A program made the position numbers and the translations under genes. Below, in pieces: positions 27,526 to 40,549 of a DNA stretch of 64,000 nucleotides. The notes under the pieces were generated by a model. That model made no database searches. It saw nothing but the letters and a program-made list of their open reading frames with translations, and was not told where the DNA came from. The stretch spans positions 313,694 through 377,693 of the forward strand of contig NIVC01001021.1 of the NCBI GenBank assembly GCA_002269645.1. The letters run 5' to 3'. Positions within the stretch are counted from its first letter, which is position 1, and each line of letters starts with the position of its first letter. Origin of the DNA: Macrostomum lignano (taxonomy: Eukaryota).

Positions 27526-28239
27526 ATGACAGTTGAAGGCGCCGATGTTAACCAGCCGCCGCAGCCTCAGGCTGAACAGTCGACACCTTCAAAGCCGCGG
27601 CAGCACATCGGCGTAGCCCTGATCGGGCCGCCCGGCTCCGGGAAAGGAGCTCAATCCCGCCGGCTAGCGGAACGATTCGGCCTCTGCCACGTGGACATTG
27701 GAGCCGTTTTGCGCGGTATGTCCAACAATGGCAGCGTGAAACTGCAGACTGAACAGGGTCGCCTAGTTGACGACAAACTCGTGTCCGATCTGGTCAGCAG
27801 AGACCTGGACCGGCCTCAGTGCTCGGCCGGTTTCGTACTGGACGGATTTCCTCGGACAATTGGCCAAGCCGAACGACTGGACTCGATGCTGGCCGAGCGG
27901 AGTCGCCAGTTGGACGCTGTGGTGCAGCTGGACCTGAGCCCCGAGCTGGCGGCCGAGCGAGTGACCGGCCGGCTGTACCACCTGCCCAGCGGCCGGGTCT
28001 ATCATCACCGGTTCAGTCCGCCCAAGCGTCCCGGACACGACAACGAGACTGGCGAACCGCTGGCTATGCGGCCGGACGACTTTCCGGACGTGATGCAGCG
28101 GAGGCTGGCCAGTCACTTCGAGTCCAGCGCGCCTGTGCTGCAGCGCTACGAGCGGCTGGGCTTGTTGAAGCGAATCGATGCCAGCAGGCCGGCTAATTCT
28201 GTGTGGCAGACTCTGCTGAGGCTGTTTCCCGGAGATTAA
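27526..28239 (+). CDS. Adenylate kinase, AK2-like with LID domain; intronless, 237 aa
   Basis: P-loop GPPGSGKG, LDGFPRT, and LID GR.YH...PPK..G.D..TGEPL..R.DD. A tttcag acceptor lies just upstream of the ATG. Confidence 0.9.
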   Translation: MTVEGADVNQPPQPQAEQSTPSKPRQHIGVALIGPPGSGKGAQSRRLAERFGLCHVDIGAVLRGMSNNGSVKLQTEQGRLVDDKLVSDLVSRDLDRPQCSAGFVLDGFPRTIGQAERLDSMLAERSRQLDAVVQLDLSPELAAERVTGRLYHLPSGRVYHHRFSPPKRPGHDNETGEPLAMRPDDFPDVMQRRLASHFESSAPVLQRYERLGLLKRIDASRPANSVWQTLLRLFPGD

Positions 28240-28371
28240 TGATTTATTAGTATGATTGAAACTGACTCATAGGTTTGATAATCCAACAGATATTTGAACA
28301 TCTTCTCAATATAGCCGAGGTGCCCAGTGCCAGTCTACCAATGACATACTGTTTTTTTTAACAACTAAAGA

Positions 28372-29590
28372 TAATTTAGAGAATCGCCCTTCCGCCCCCC
28401 CCCCCTAATTTAGAGAATTGCCCCTCCGCCCTCCCCCCCCCCTAATTTAGAGAATCGCCCTTCCGCCCGCCCCCCCCCCTAATTTAGAGAATCGCCCTTC
28501 CGCCCGCCCCCCCCTAATTTAGAGAATCGCCCTTCCGCCCGCCCCCCCCCCTAATTTAGAGAATCGCCCTTCCGCCCCCCCCCCTAATTTAGAGAATCGC
28601 CCTTCCGCCCCCCCCCTAATTTAGAGAATTGCCCTTCCGCCCTCCCCCCCCTAATTTAGAGAATCGCCCTTCCGCCCCCCCCCTAATTTAGAGAATCGCC
28701 CTTCCGCCCCCCCCTAATTTAGAGAATCGCCCTTCCGCCCCCCCCCCCTAATTTAGAGAATCGCCCTTCCGCCCTCCCCCCCCTAATTTAGAGAATCGCC
28801 CTTCCGCCCGCCCCCCTAATTCCTAATTTAGAGAATCGCCCTTCCGCCCCCCCCCTAATTTAGAGAATCGCCCTTCCGCCCCCCCCTAATTTAGAGAATC
28901 GCCCTTCCGCCCGCCCCCCCCCCTAATTTAGAGAATCGCCCTTCCGCCCTCCCCCCCCTAATTTAGAGAATCGCCCTTCCGCCCCCCCCTAATTTAGAGA
29001 ATCGCCCTTCCGCCCTCCCCCCCCCTAATTTAGAGAATCGCCCTTCCGCCCTCCCCCCCCTAATTTAGAGAATCGCCCTTCCGCCCCCCCCCCTAATTTA
29101 GAGAATCGCCCTTCCGCCCCCCCCCCTAATTTAGAGAATCGCCCTTCCGCCCTCCCCCCCCTAATTTAGAGAATCGCCCTTCCGCCCCCCCCCTAATTTA
29201 GAGAATCGCCCTTCCGCCCCCCCCCCCCTAATTTAGAGAATCGCCCTTCCGCCCCCCCCCTAATTTAGAGAATCGCCCTTCCGCCCTCCCCCCCCCCTAA
29301 TTTAGAGAATCGCCCTTCCGCCCGCCCCCCCCCTAATTTAGAAAATCGCCCTTCCGCCCCCCCCCCTAATTTAGAGAATTGCCCTTCCGCCCTCCCCCCC
29401 CCCTAATTTAGAGAATCGCCCTTCCGCCCCCCCCTAATTTAGAGAATTGCCCTTCCGCCCTCCCCCCCCCCTAATTTAGAGAATCGCCCTTCCGCCCCCT
29501 CCCTAATTTAGAGAATTGCCCTTCCGCCCTCCCCCCCCCTAATTTAGAGAATCGCCCTTCCGCCCCCTCCCTAATTTAGAGAATCGCCCA
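28372..29590. repeat. ~33-bp minisatellite (ctaatttagagaatcgcccttccgcc+Cn)
   Basis: About 37 units that differ mainly in C-run length. Confidence 0.95.
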
Positions 29591-30017
29591 CTTGCTCTCA
29601 ACTAGACAATCGCCTCTTTCATACTTATTCCAGCAATTATTTATGAAATATTCCATATAGATGTACTATTAAATGATAATTGCTGAATCAGTCGCTTTTT
29701 GCCGTCAACAACAGCTGTTTCTGTGTTATTTTGAGTTACTAAACACTTCACTGTCTGCTTCTTACCTATTTTCCTTTTTACCTTTGTTTTTCTCTTTCTT
29801 TGCTGTGTGTTAATAGCTTTTTTAAGCGCGTGAATAGTATTTTTATAATTGTTTTTTTCCGCTAACTTTAGAGATATTTTCTAACTCTAGAGACTGGCTA
29901 AACACGATATTTTTGATGCTATATGTGCTCGGCTTTTAGGCATTCAGTCTATTGAAAGTAACCTTCATTTTTTAATCTTTTGTTTAATTTTTAAGGAGGC
30001 TCTATTACATGAGCTAT

Positions 30018-31985
30018 AAGATTGAGATGTGTGACTGATTGAGATGTGTGACTGATTGAGATGTGTGACTGATTGAGATGTGTGACTGATTGAGATGTGT
30101 GACTGATTGAGATGTATGACTGCTCAGATTTGGATGTGTGACTGATCAGGTTGAGATGTGTGACTGCTCAGATTTGGATGTGTGACTGATCAGATTGAGA
30201 TGTGTGACTGCTCAGGTTGAGATGTGTGACTGCTCAGGTTGAAATGGGTGACTGCTCAGGTTGAAATGGGTGACTGCTCAGGTTGAAATGTGTGACTGCT
30301 CAGGCTGAGATGTGTGACTGCTCAGGTTGAGATGTGTGACTGCTCAGATTGAGATGTGTGACTGCTCAGATTGAGATGCGTGATCGATCAGGTTGAAATG
30401 TGTGACTGCTCAGATTGAGATGTGTGACTGCTCAGATTGAGATGTGTGACTGCTCAGATTGAGATGTGTGAATGCCCAGGTTAAGATGTGTAACTGATTG
30501 AGATGTGTGACTTATCAGATTGAGATGTGTGACTGCTCAGGTTGAGATGCGTGATTGATCAGGTTGAGATGTGTGACTGCTCAGGTTGAGATGTGTGACT
30601 GCTCAGGTTGAGATGCGTGATTGATCAGGTTGAGATGTGTGACTGCTCAGGTTGAGATGTGTGACTGCCCAGTTTGAGATGTGTGACTGCTCAGGTTGAG
30701 ATGTGTGACTGCTCAGGTTGAGATGTGTGACTGCTCAGGTTGAGATGTGTGACTGCTCAGGTTGAGATGTGTGACTGCTCAGATTGAGATGTGTGACTGC
30801 CCAGGTTGAAATGTGTGTCTGCTCTGTGTCTGTGTGTCTGAAATGTGTTGAAATAGGTTGAGATGTGTGAATGCTCAGATTGAAATGGGTGACTGCTGAG
30901 GTTGAAATGTGTGACTGCTCAGGTTGAGATGTGTGACTGCCCAGGTTAAGATGTGTAACTGATTGAGATGTGTGACTGATCAGATTGAGATGTGTGACTG
31001 CTCAGGTTGAGATGTGTGACTGCTCAGGTTGAGATGTGTGACTGCTCAGGTTGAAATGTGTGACTGCTCAGATTGAGATGTGTGACTGCTCAGGTTGAGA
31101 TGTGTGACTGCTCAGATTGAGATGTGTGACTGCTCAGGTTGAGATGCGTGACTGCTCAGATTGAGATGTGTGACTGCTCAGATTGAGATGCGTGACTGCT
31201 CAGATTGAGATGTGTGACTGCTCAGATTGAGATGTGTGACTGCTCAGATTGAGATGCGTGATCGATCAGGTTGAAATGTGTGACTGCTCAGATTGAGATG
31301 TGTGACTGCTCAGATTGAGATGCGTGATCGATCAGGTTGAAATGTGTGACTGCTCAGATTGAGATGTGTGACTGCTCAGATTGAGATGTGTGACTGCCCA
31401 GTTTAAGATGTGTGACTGCTCAGGTTGAGATGTGTGACTGCTCAGGTTGAGATGTGTGACTGCTCAGATTGAGATGTGTGACTGCCCAGGTTGAAATGTG
31501 TGTCTGCTCTGTGTCTGTGTGTCTGAAATGTGTTGAAATAGGTTGAGATGTGTGAATGCTCAGATTGAAATGGGTGACTGCTGAGGTTGAAATGTGTGAC
31601 TGCTCAGGCTGAGATGTGTGACTGCTCAGGTTGAGATGTGTGACTGCTCAGGTTGAGATGCGTGACTGCTCAGATTGAGATGTGTGACTGCTCAGATTGA
31701 GATGCGTGATCGATCAGGTTGAGATGTGTGACTGCTCAGGTTGAGATGTGTGACTGATCAGATTGAGATGTGTGACTGATCAGATTGAGATGTGTGACTG
31801 CTCAGATTGAGATGTGTGACTGCTCAGATTGAGATGTGTGACTGCCCATGTTGAAATGTGTGTCTGCTCTGTGTCTGTGTGTCTGAAATGTGTTGAAATA
31901 GGTTGAGATGTGTGAATGCTCAGATTGAAATGGGTGACTGCTGAGGTTGAAATATGTGACTGCTCAGGTTGAGATGTGTGACTGC
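30018..31985. repeat. 22-bp minisatellite (gattgagatgtgtgactgctca)
   Basis: A diverged cassette recurs at ~30810, 31495 and 31855. Confidence 0.95.
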
Positions 31986-32869
31986 TCATCTGAGCACAAC
32001 ACAAAACTGCGCACTAGCTTAGCATCGGGCTTAGAACCCGCACAAGGCTCTGGCGTTGCTACCTGGCAATTTGTGTTGCAAAGGTGACAAAAAACGTGAG
32101 TCGGAAACGCTCCTCTAGGATTGTTGATTTCCCCTAGGATTTCGCATTGATGAAGACGACATCCTTTAAGCGCCTCAGCCTCAGCTGGCCCAAAAAGGCA
32201 ACCGCGAGCGTCTTTAATCCGCTTTCAAGCGGCTCTTGTGTGCTTTGCCCCCTGCAGAGCTGCTTGATTATTGGTCAAAGAGACACAATTTCCCTTATGT
32301 TAGGGGGTTTAGTCGTTGAAATTTCTATCTAAGAAGTGAGTCCTGTATTTATTCGGAAGTTTAAACCAAACTCAATCCCATCTTTGTCCTTCTGTGTCTT
32401 CATTCTCTGTCCTTCACACCTGCGATACGAAATTGGAATTATAGAGGACTATTATTATTAATATTCTTTTATTATCATTATTATTAATAATATTATTATT
32501 ATAATTATAGCCCTATTCATCGAATCTTAGTTCTAATCGCCTTTTTTGTCGAGTTCCTGGGCTTTATCTGTTGTTAATTTAAAAAGAAAACTTTAACAAA
32601 GCAGCTCATGACTATATGGTATGTGAAGAACCCTAACCGCGCCTTATGCTGACAGCCTGACACTCACACGTTACATTGATAATCAGTTTCTTATTGTTTT
32701 AATTATACTTGAGGCTATTAGAGTACAAAAAAGCTTTTTCATTTAGCAGATATTTATATTATTATATAGTGTTGAAAATCAAATCGAATTAAATCCTTTG
32801 TAAGGCCTTTACCGCTTAATAAGATTTACATTGAATTTTATGATTTTATTTTGTTGTTTGTCGCTCAAT

Positions 32870-34025
32870 ATCGCCCCAGACTGCAGTAAGAATCGCCCCA
32901 GACTGCAGTAGAATCGCCTCAGACTATAGTAATAATCGCCCCAGACTGCAGTAAGAATCGCCCCAGACTGCAGTAAGAATCGCCCCAGACTGCAGTAAGA
33001 ATTGCCTAAGACTGCAGTAAGAATTGCCTAAGACTGCAGTAAGAATCGCCCCAGACTGCAGTAAGAATCGCCCCAGACTGCAGCAAGAATCGCCACTGAC
33101 TATAGTAAGAATCGCCACAGACTGCAGTAGAATCGCCTCAGACTATAGTAATAATCGCCTCAGACTGCAGTAAGAATCGCCCCAGACTGCAGTAAGAATC
33201 GCCCCAGACTGCAGTAAGAATCGCCCCAGACTGCAGTAAGAATCACCCCAGACTGCAGTAAGAATCGCCCCAGATTGCAGTAATAATCGCCCCAGACTGC
33301 AGTAATAATCGCCCCAGACTGCAGTAAGAATCGCCCCAGACTGCAGTAAGAATCGCCCCAGACTGCAGTAAGAATCGCCCCAGATTGCAGTAAGAATCCC
33401 CACTGACTACAGTAATAATCGCCCCAGACTGCAGTAAGAATCGCCCCAGACTGCAGTAGAATCGCCTCAGACTATAGTAATAATCGCCTCAGACTGCAGT
33501 AAGAATCGCCCCAGACTGCAGTAAGAATCGCCTCAGACTATAGTAATAATCGCCTAAGACTGCAGTAAGAATCGCCCCAGACTGCAGTAGAATCGCCTCA
33601 GACTATAGTAATAATCGCCTCAGACTGCAGTAAGAATCGCCCCAGACTGCAGTAAGAATCGCCCCAGACTGCAGTAAGAATCGCCCCAGACTGCAGTAAG
33701 AATCGCCCCAGACTGCAGTAAGAATCACCCCAGACTGCAGTAAGAATCGCCCCAGACTGCAGTAAGAATCGCCCCAGACTGCAGTAAGAATCACCCCAGA
33801 CTGCAGTAAGAATCGCCCCAGATTGCAGTAATAATCGCCCCAGACTGCAGTAATAATCGCCCCAGACTGCAGTAAGAATCGCCCCAGACTGCAGTAAGAA
33901 TCGCCCCAGACTGCAGTAAGAATCGCCCCAGATTGCAGTAAGAATCCCCACTGACTACAGTAATAATCGCCCCAGACTGCAGTAAGAATCGCCCCAGACT
34001 GCAGTAAGCATCGCCCCAGACTGCA
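32870..34025. repeat. 22-bp minisatellite (cagtaagaatcgccccagactg)
   Basis: About 52 units, with an internal block duplication. Confidence 0.95.
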
Positions 34026-34911
34026 ACTGCGTAGGCTTGTTTAGCAGCTTATAGCACGCTTTCATGCGCTGGCGGAGCGAATACAGATGACGCGTTATAG
34101 TGCTGTGTCTCAGAAAAAGTGCATGAGAAATCAGGATATTTTGATTGCCGTTCTCTTTTTTGGCCGCAAAGAAGCGCACTTTCCCGCGCACTGAATCTGA
34201 TAGCATTGTAGCTCTTTAGTTTGCCTGCAATGCTGGTCAGGATTTAGTTGGACAAAAAGTACAGCTAGGGTGCACAGAGTAAGTGCACTCGTTCAAGTAC
34301 TTGTGCACCAAGCACGCCTGGCCTTACTAATGCACAAGTCTGACAAATTTTCCTGCACACAATCTCTTATAGCACTCGTGCTGTCTCCCATTCCCTAAAT
34401 GATTAATAGATGCTATAGCCTTACATTGGCAGGGAGTGATAAATTATGAGTGTATATTGTATGAGACCATGGCTTTGGAGCATACTCGTATCTGTGTGCA
34501 CCGCTGTAGAATGAATGGCCTTAGAAGCTTCTTGATCAAGTCTGGTGGCGCGGTACAATGCAATAAAGATATGAGCCAGCTTGCGTCTGGGTGGGGCTTG
34601 GCTGAGCAACTCAATGCTTTTTTTAGAAAATTACATTAACGAGACAGGTACTTAAAATTTTCCACATAAGATCAGGGACGGCTTTTGTACCAAATTAAAT
34701 TCGTCCATGCATGAAAATTGCGATACTGCGAGCGTTAAAAGCTATATTGTAAGATTTTTAAAGTGCATCAAGCAGTGACGTGATTCTCAGAGAACGATCA
34801 CGAAAGTGAGATGTTTTCTTTTTATGCTACTTGCTGCCTAACTATCGAGTAGAGTATATAGGTTCTTTTTCAATCAGGATAGCATTTTTCGAAACTAAAT
34901 TTTCTGCACCG

Positions 34912-35785
34912 ATTGAGCACTCCATTACTCAATTGAGCACCCTATCATTCAATTGAGCACTCTATCATTCAATTGAGCACTCTATCATTCAATTGAGCAC
35001 TCCATTATGCAATTGAGCACTCTATCATTCAATTGAGCACTCCATTACTCAATTGAGCACCCTATCATTCAATTGAGCACTCTATCATTCAATTGAGCAC
35101 TCTATCATTCAATTGAGCACTCCATTATGCAATTGAGCACTCTATCATTCAATTGAGCACTCCATTACTCAATTGAGCACCCTATCATTCAATTGAGCAC
35201 TCTATCATTCAATTGAGCACTCTATCATTCAATTGAGCACTCCATTATGCAATTGAGCACTCTATCATTCAATTGAGCACTCCATTACTCAATTGAGCAC
35301 CCTATCATTCAATTGAGCACTCTATCATTCAATTGAGCACTCTATCATTCAATTGAGCACTCCATTATGCAATTGAGCACTCTATCATTCAATTGAGCAC
35401 TCCATTACTCAATTGAGCACCCTATCATTCAATTGAGCACTCTATCATTCAATTGAGCACTCTATCATTCAATTGAGCACTCCATTATGCAATTGAGCAC
35501 TCTATCATTCAATTGAGCACTCTATCATTCAATTGAGCACTCCATTATGCAATTGAGCACCCTATAATTCAATTGAGCACTCCATTACTCAATTAAGCAC
35601 CCTATCATTCAATTGAGCACTCTATCATTCAATTGAGCACTCCATTATGCAATTGAGCACTCCATTATGCAATTGAGCGCTCTATCATTCAATTGAGCAC
35701 TCTATCATTCAATTGAGCGCTCCATTATTCAATCGAGCACTCACCCTAGCATCCAATCAGACACTCCATCATTCAATTGAGCACT
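34912..35785. repeat. 20-bp satellite (caattgagcactctatcatt) with a 120-bp higher-order repeat
   Basis: Sequence lines repeat exactly every 120 bp from 34921 to ~35520. Confidence 0.95.
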
Positions 35786-36080
35786 CATCATTACTATCAT
35801 TGCATGCACTTGTAGCTACTCTTGAAGTGAGTTGAATTAACAAACTGTCAGGGTTGACAAAGGAGAAAACAAAGTTTTAATTCCAGCTACAGATTTTAAA
35901 TCAGGTCAGTTAAAAAAGTCAAAATAATCGATTTTATTCATTTATTACATACTATATTTCCTATATTGTCGTTTGCTAAAAAATTAATGTTTTCAAAACA
36001 AGCTAACAAATAAATAAATCAAAAATTCAGTTACTTGGTTCCTTTAGTAAAAGTTTCAAGCCGCTAGTTTTGTGTGCAGT

Positions 36081-39000
36081 TCACACTATCTCGAGTCGAG
36101 CATCGGTCCCGATGTACTTTGCTTTATTGGCGCAGAACAACAATTCCAAATCACTTATGTAGCGATTGAGCAGATCGCGAGCTTGTTCATCAGTTGGTTC
36201 GTAATTTTTCTCCACCTTAATTGGTGCCCCAACTGCAAGGTAAAAAAAGAAAAAGAGATAATTAAGTTCATATCTATATAATTAGAATTATTTTTTACGT
36301 TTTCTAATAATAAAAATAGGAAGCGTTACATAAAAGCTAGATTTCTGAGGAATAAAAACAATTGTCTGCATTAAACTTTAAGTCACGTGACTACGAGTAT
36401 GTATGTACATTTGCGTCGCCAGTCTATTTTTAGCTCAAAAAGCGGGTGTGACCCAAGGACGACTAGTGACCTTGAGAATCTCCTCACCGTTTGTACTGGC
36501 AACAGGCGCGACCAAAGTATGTCACGTGATTGCTCTTAACTGTGTGTGTGTGCTATTAGTAGAAACTGCCGGGCGATTCCCAAGGTCGCACCTGCTTTTC
36601 TGTTGTTAAAATTTGACGAAATCTCACATTGTCGAAATCAATCACATAGTAATTCTCTTACTTAATATTACCACCTAAGTAATGGAATCTCTTCAGCTGA
36701 AGTTTATTACCTGGATAATGGGGATTCAAGTTGATGATGAACTATTTTTTTACGATTTGAAACTTCGATGATGTGAAAGCTTTCGCTTATTGTCCTCTGA
36801 GGAGAGATTGTAACTACTGAAAGTAGCGTAATACCACAGATAAAATTCTCACTAATTTAATTAATTAAACCTCAAATCAGATAAAGTAGCGATGAAGTCG
36901 CCCAAACGCTCACCAACGGTGTTGATAGGCTTAGCGAATGGCAGCAAGCCGTGCCCACTGAAGATTGGCATTGAGAAGCCGAAAATTTTCACCAAGAAGT
37001 TCTGCACCGCCCGCAGCGGGCTGCCGGCTCGGTTGTTCACCTGGTTGAACAGGTCGATTTCGCCGAAGGAAAAACACGGCACCAGGCTGGATCTGGAAGT
37101 CAGTTTTGTTGGGAGTTTGATTTTCAATCAATTGTCTTATTGAAATGTCTTTTGTGGTAAATTAAAAATGATGAAGACAGAAAAAGATGGAGGGAGAAAG
37201 GCTGAAATGAAAGGAGAAAAGGTGAGACAGATGGGCTGAGATGAAGGGAGAGAAACTGAGGCAGACGGGCTGAGATGAAGGGGGAGAAACTGAGGCAGAC
37301 GGGCTGAGATGAAGGGGGAGAATCTGAGGCAGACGGGCTGAGATGAAGGGGGAGAAACTGAGACAGACGGGCTGAGATGAAGGGGGAGAAACTGAGGCAG
37401 ACGGGCTGAGATGAAGGGGGAGAATCTGAGGCAGACGGGCTGAGATGAAGGGAGAGAAACTGAGACAGACGGGCTGAGATGAAGGGAGAGAAACTGAGGC
37501 AGACGGGCTGAGATGAAAGGAGAGAAGTTAAGACAGACTAGCTGAGATGAAGGGAGAGAAGTTAAGACAGACGGGCTGAGATGAAGGGAGAGAAACTGAG
37601 ACAGACGGGCTGAGATGAAGGGAGAGAAACTGAGGCAGACGGGCTGAGATGAAGGGGGAGAATCTGAGACAGACGGGCTGAGATGAAGGGAGAGAAACTG
37701 AGGCAGACGGGCTGAGATGAAGGGGGAGAATCTGAGGCAGACGGGCTGAGATGAAGGGGGAGAATCTGAGGCAGACGGGCTGAGATGAAGGGGGAGAATC
37801 TGAGACAGACGGGCTGAGATGAAGGGAGAGAAACTGAGACAGACGGGCTGAGATGAAGGGGGAGAATCTGAGGCAGACGGGCTGAGATGAAGGGGGAGAA
37901 TCTGAGGCAGACGGGCTGAGATGAAGGGGGAGAATCTGAGGCAGACGGGCTGAGATGAAGGGGGAGAATCTGAGGCAGACGGGCTGAGATGAAGGGGGAG
38001 AATCTGAGGCAGACGGGCTGAGATGAAGGGGGAGAATCTGAGGCAGACGGGCTGAGATGAAGGGGGAGAATCTGAGGCAGACGGGCTGAGATGAAGGGGG
38101 AGAATCTGAGGCAGACGGGCTGAGATGAAGGGGGAGAATCTGAGGCAGACGGGCTGAGATGAAGGGGGAGAATCTGAGGCAGACGGGCTGAGATGAAGGG
38201 GGAGAATCTGAGGCAGACGGGCTGAGATGAAGGGGGAGAAACTGAGACAGACGGGCTGAGATGAAGGGGGGAGAATCTGAGGCAGACGGGCTGAGATGGA
38301 GGTGAGAGGCGCAGAATCGAACTCCTGACCCAGTCTGCATGGCCAGCCGCACAAAGCCCAGCTTGTTGCGTAGGTGCACCCTGTACACGGTTCCCGGATG
38401 CGAGTCCAGAGCTTCCACTGCTCCGCCCGGAATGACGCAGACCAACTGACCACCGGCAGTCTTGCGACGCTGAAGAACGTTTTGCAGACTCTCCTTGCGC
38501 ACGGAGATCACGCCTGCATGGGGGGGGTCAAGTTAAAGTGTTTTTTTATTTTTCCGATTAGTTTTGCATTGTAGCTGCTCAACAATATTATTTTGTACTT
38601 TTACTAGTTCGGAGGATCCATGGTGCAAGATGTGCAGAGGGGAAGCAGGGAGGAAGGTATAGATAAGTAAAAAATACTGCAAAAATAGTAAGATGCGCTT
38701 TTCAAATGCAGATGAAATTAGGGGAAGAGCAGAACAGATCAGTTCATTGCTCACCGGAGCACATGAAGTACTCCCGGTACAACGGGAAGTCAAAATGGCC
38801 GTCAAGCACGCTCAGGTACGGAGTTATTCCTGGAAATTTCCTACTGAACTCGGTAGCTTCGGTGGCGAAGTTAAGAAAAGCGCCCGTGCTCAGGACGCCG
38901 TGCGGATGGTAGCCAAGCACGTAGTTCTCCTTGGGATCCAGTTCGCAGGTAGGGTGCAGTTTCACCGGGAAGTACTCGGCCATCCGACGCCAGAGGCCCC

Positions 39001-39202
39001 AGCGGCGCACCCAGTTGACTCGGCGACCACCCCGACGTGGCGTGTCCCGGTCGTAGTAGTACCAGACTCCGTAGAGCAGGACTGCGGACCACCAGCTGGT
39101 GCGAAACAGAATCAACATGATGGCTGCGCAGCCGGGACCCACCAGCAGGAAGGTCAGCACCCATTGCAGCACGGCGAACTTCTTCCAGGTTTGCAGGTCC
39201 AT
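36081..39202 (-). CDS. DGAT2/MOGAT-family acyltransferase; exons 39202-38755, 38513-38330, 37092-36914 and 36232-36081, ~320 aa
   Basis: Motifs YFP, HPHG, PGGA.EAL, GFVRLA..TG.SLVPCFSFGE and KPINTVVGAPI. Intron phases 1, 2, 1 join in frame to a TGA at 36081. Confidence 0.93.
37215..38300. repeat. 34-bp minisatellite in DGAT2 intron 2 (gggctgagatgaagggggagaatctgaggcagac)
   Basis: About 32 units. Explains the 438-aa and most of the 327-aa repeat ORFs. Confidence 0.95.
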
Positions 39203-40549
39203 GCGTATTCGTATTCTAATCTGTTTGATTACGAGTTCGAATCTTAATTAAAAAGATCGAATCCGTTTATGTATTAAAAAGCAATTCTGTTTATAAGCAT
39301 TAAGTTATGTGTAGTAGTATAAGCTATAGTTAATTCAATTGCAAACTAAATGTAACTTACCAGTGTATAGCTGAAACTGCTATGCACTGCAGTTATAATT
39401 GAGTAGGTTTACCTAGCTCTTAGTCAAATTTAGCTTGAAAATCTTCGTATATAATTTTCTAGAGTATCTGGCGAAACACGTTGGGTCGATCGAAAATCCA
39501 GTCTTTTCACAACGGGCAGGAATTTGGGGCAATTTCTGTACAGTGAGCGACGAGTGTACTGCAGTCCGAAAGCTGCAGTAGCTTATCATTGAAATGATTG
39601 ACCCTGAACAGGCTGGCATCCAGGTGTCTGAGTGATAAAACCCCAACCACTTACTCACTTCTCTTAGCAGTCAGTCACACTCGCTCGTATTGTGCGCAAA
39701 GAGCTGGAACTTAGGCCAGAGAGAAAGAAAATTCAAACGAGTGCATACATGGAAAAGTGTACATTCGGGCCTCTCTGTCAGCTGATAAGTTAACGAAAAG
39801 ATTGTTGCTAAAGACCCCAGAAACTTTGCATTTATTGTATAGAGAAGTGTTTTCGATTTTTTACGCTGTTGCGGCGTGTGTCAGTGTGAGCTGGCGGAAC
39901 TGTTTTGATTGTGTAGCAAAGGTCGAAATTAATATGATTAGGTCTAGTCAGTCTTCTATATTTGAAAAAAATAAGCAGAACTCAGACTCAGAAAGTCAGT
40001 TTTTTTATTTTGGCGCTTTACAATCGAATGACAGAAAGACCGAATGAAGCGAAATTGAGCTTTTGAAATATACGCTTGTAAGCATGGTTTCGGGGTGCAT
40101 GGAAACTTTACCAATGTTGCTGAGCGTATGTGTTCTTGCTTACATGTAATTGTTATTGTTGGTTACATGTACAGCTGGCGATGTCTGGCAGGTGCATTAA
40201 CTCAATAACGTGTGACAGAACCGCAAGAATGCAAAAAGACCCGTTCCGTCACTCGTCTTTGACATCAGAGACGTAGCCTGAAGGTATTTCACTTGTTATA
40301 CTGTAATACATGCACGTTCTACATATTTTGCCAGTCTGCTGCTCGCCAAAGAGTTTGATAAACTCTGGAACCCCGCATGGAGGCAGCTGAATCACCGAAT
40401 GGCATTGCTTATTAACTTTTGATTCGAGAGAGGTAACTACAATGCTGAGTAGCCTTTTACAAATCTGCACCAGGATGCAAGAAGTCGATACGTGTGTGCG
40501 CCTATAACGAATGCTAAAATCCATTCATTTATTCAACTGTCCAGTCCAG

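Noticed and set aside
28372-29590. CRISPR-like look (constant repeat with a variable part)
   Set aside because: The variable part is only C-run length, there are no unique spacers or cas genes, and the context is eukaryotic.
37137-38453. 438-aa Ser/Pro-rich ORF
   Set aside because: Read-through of the 34-bp intronic array of DGAT2; the protein period equals the unit length.
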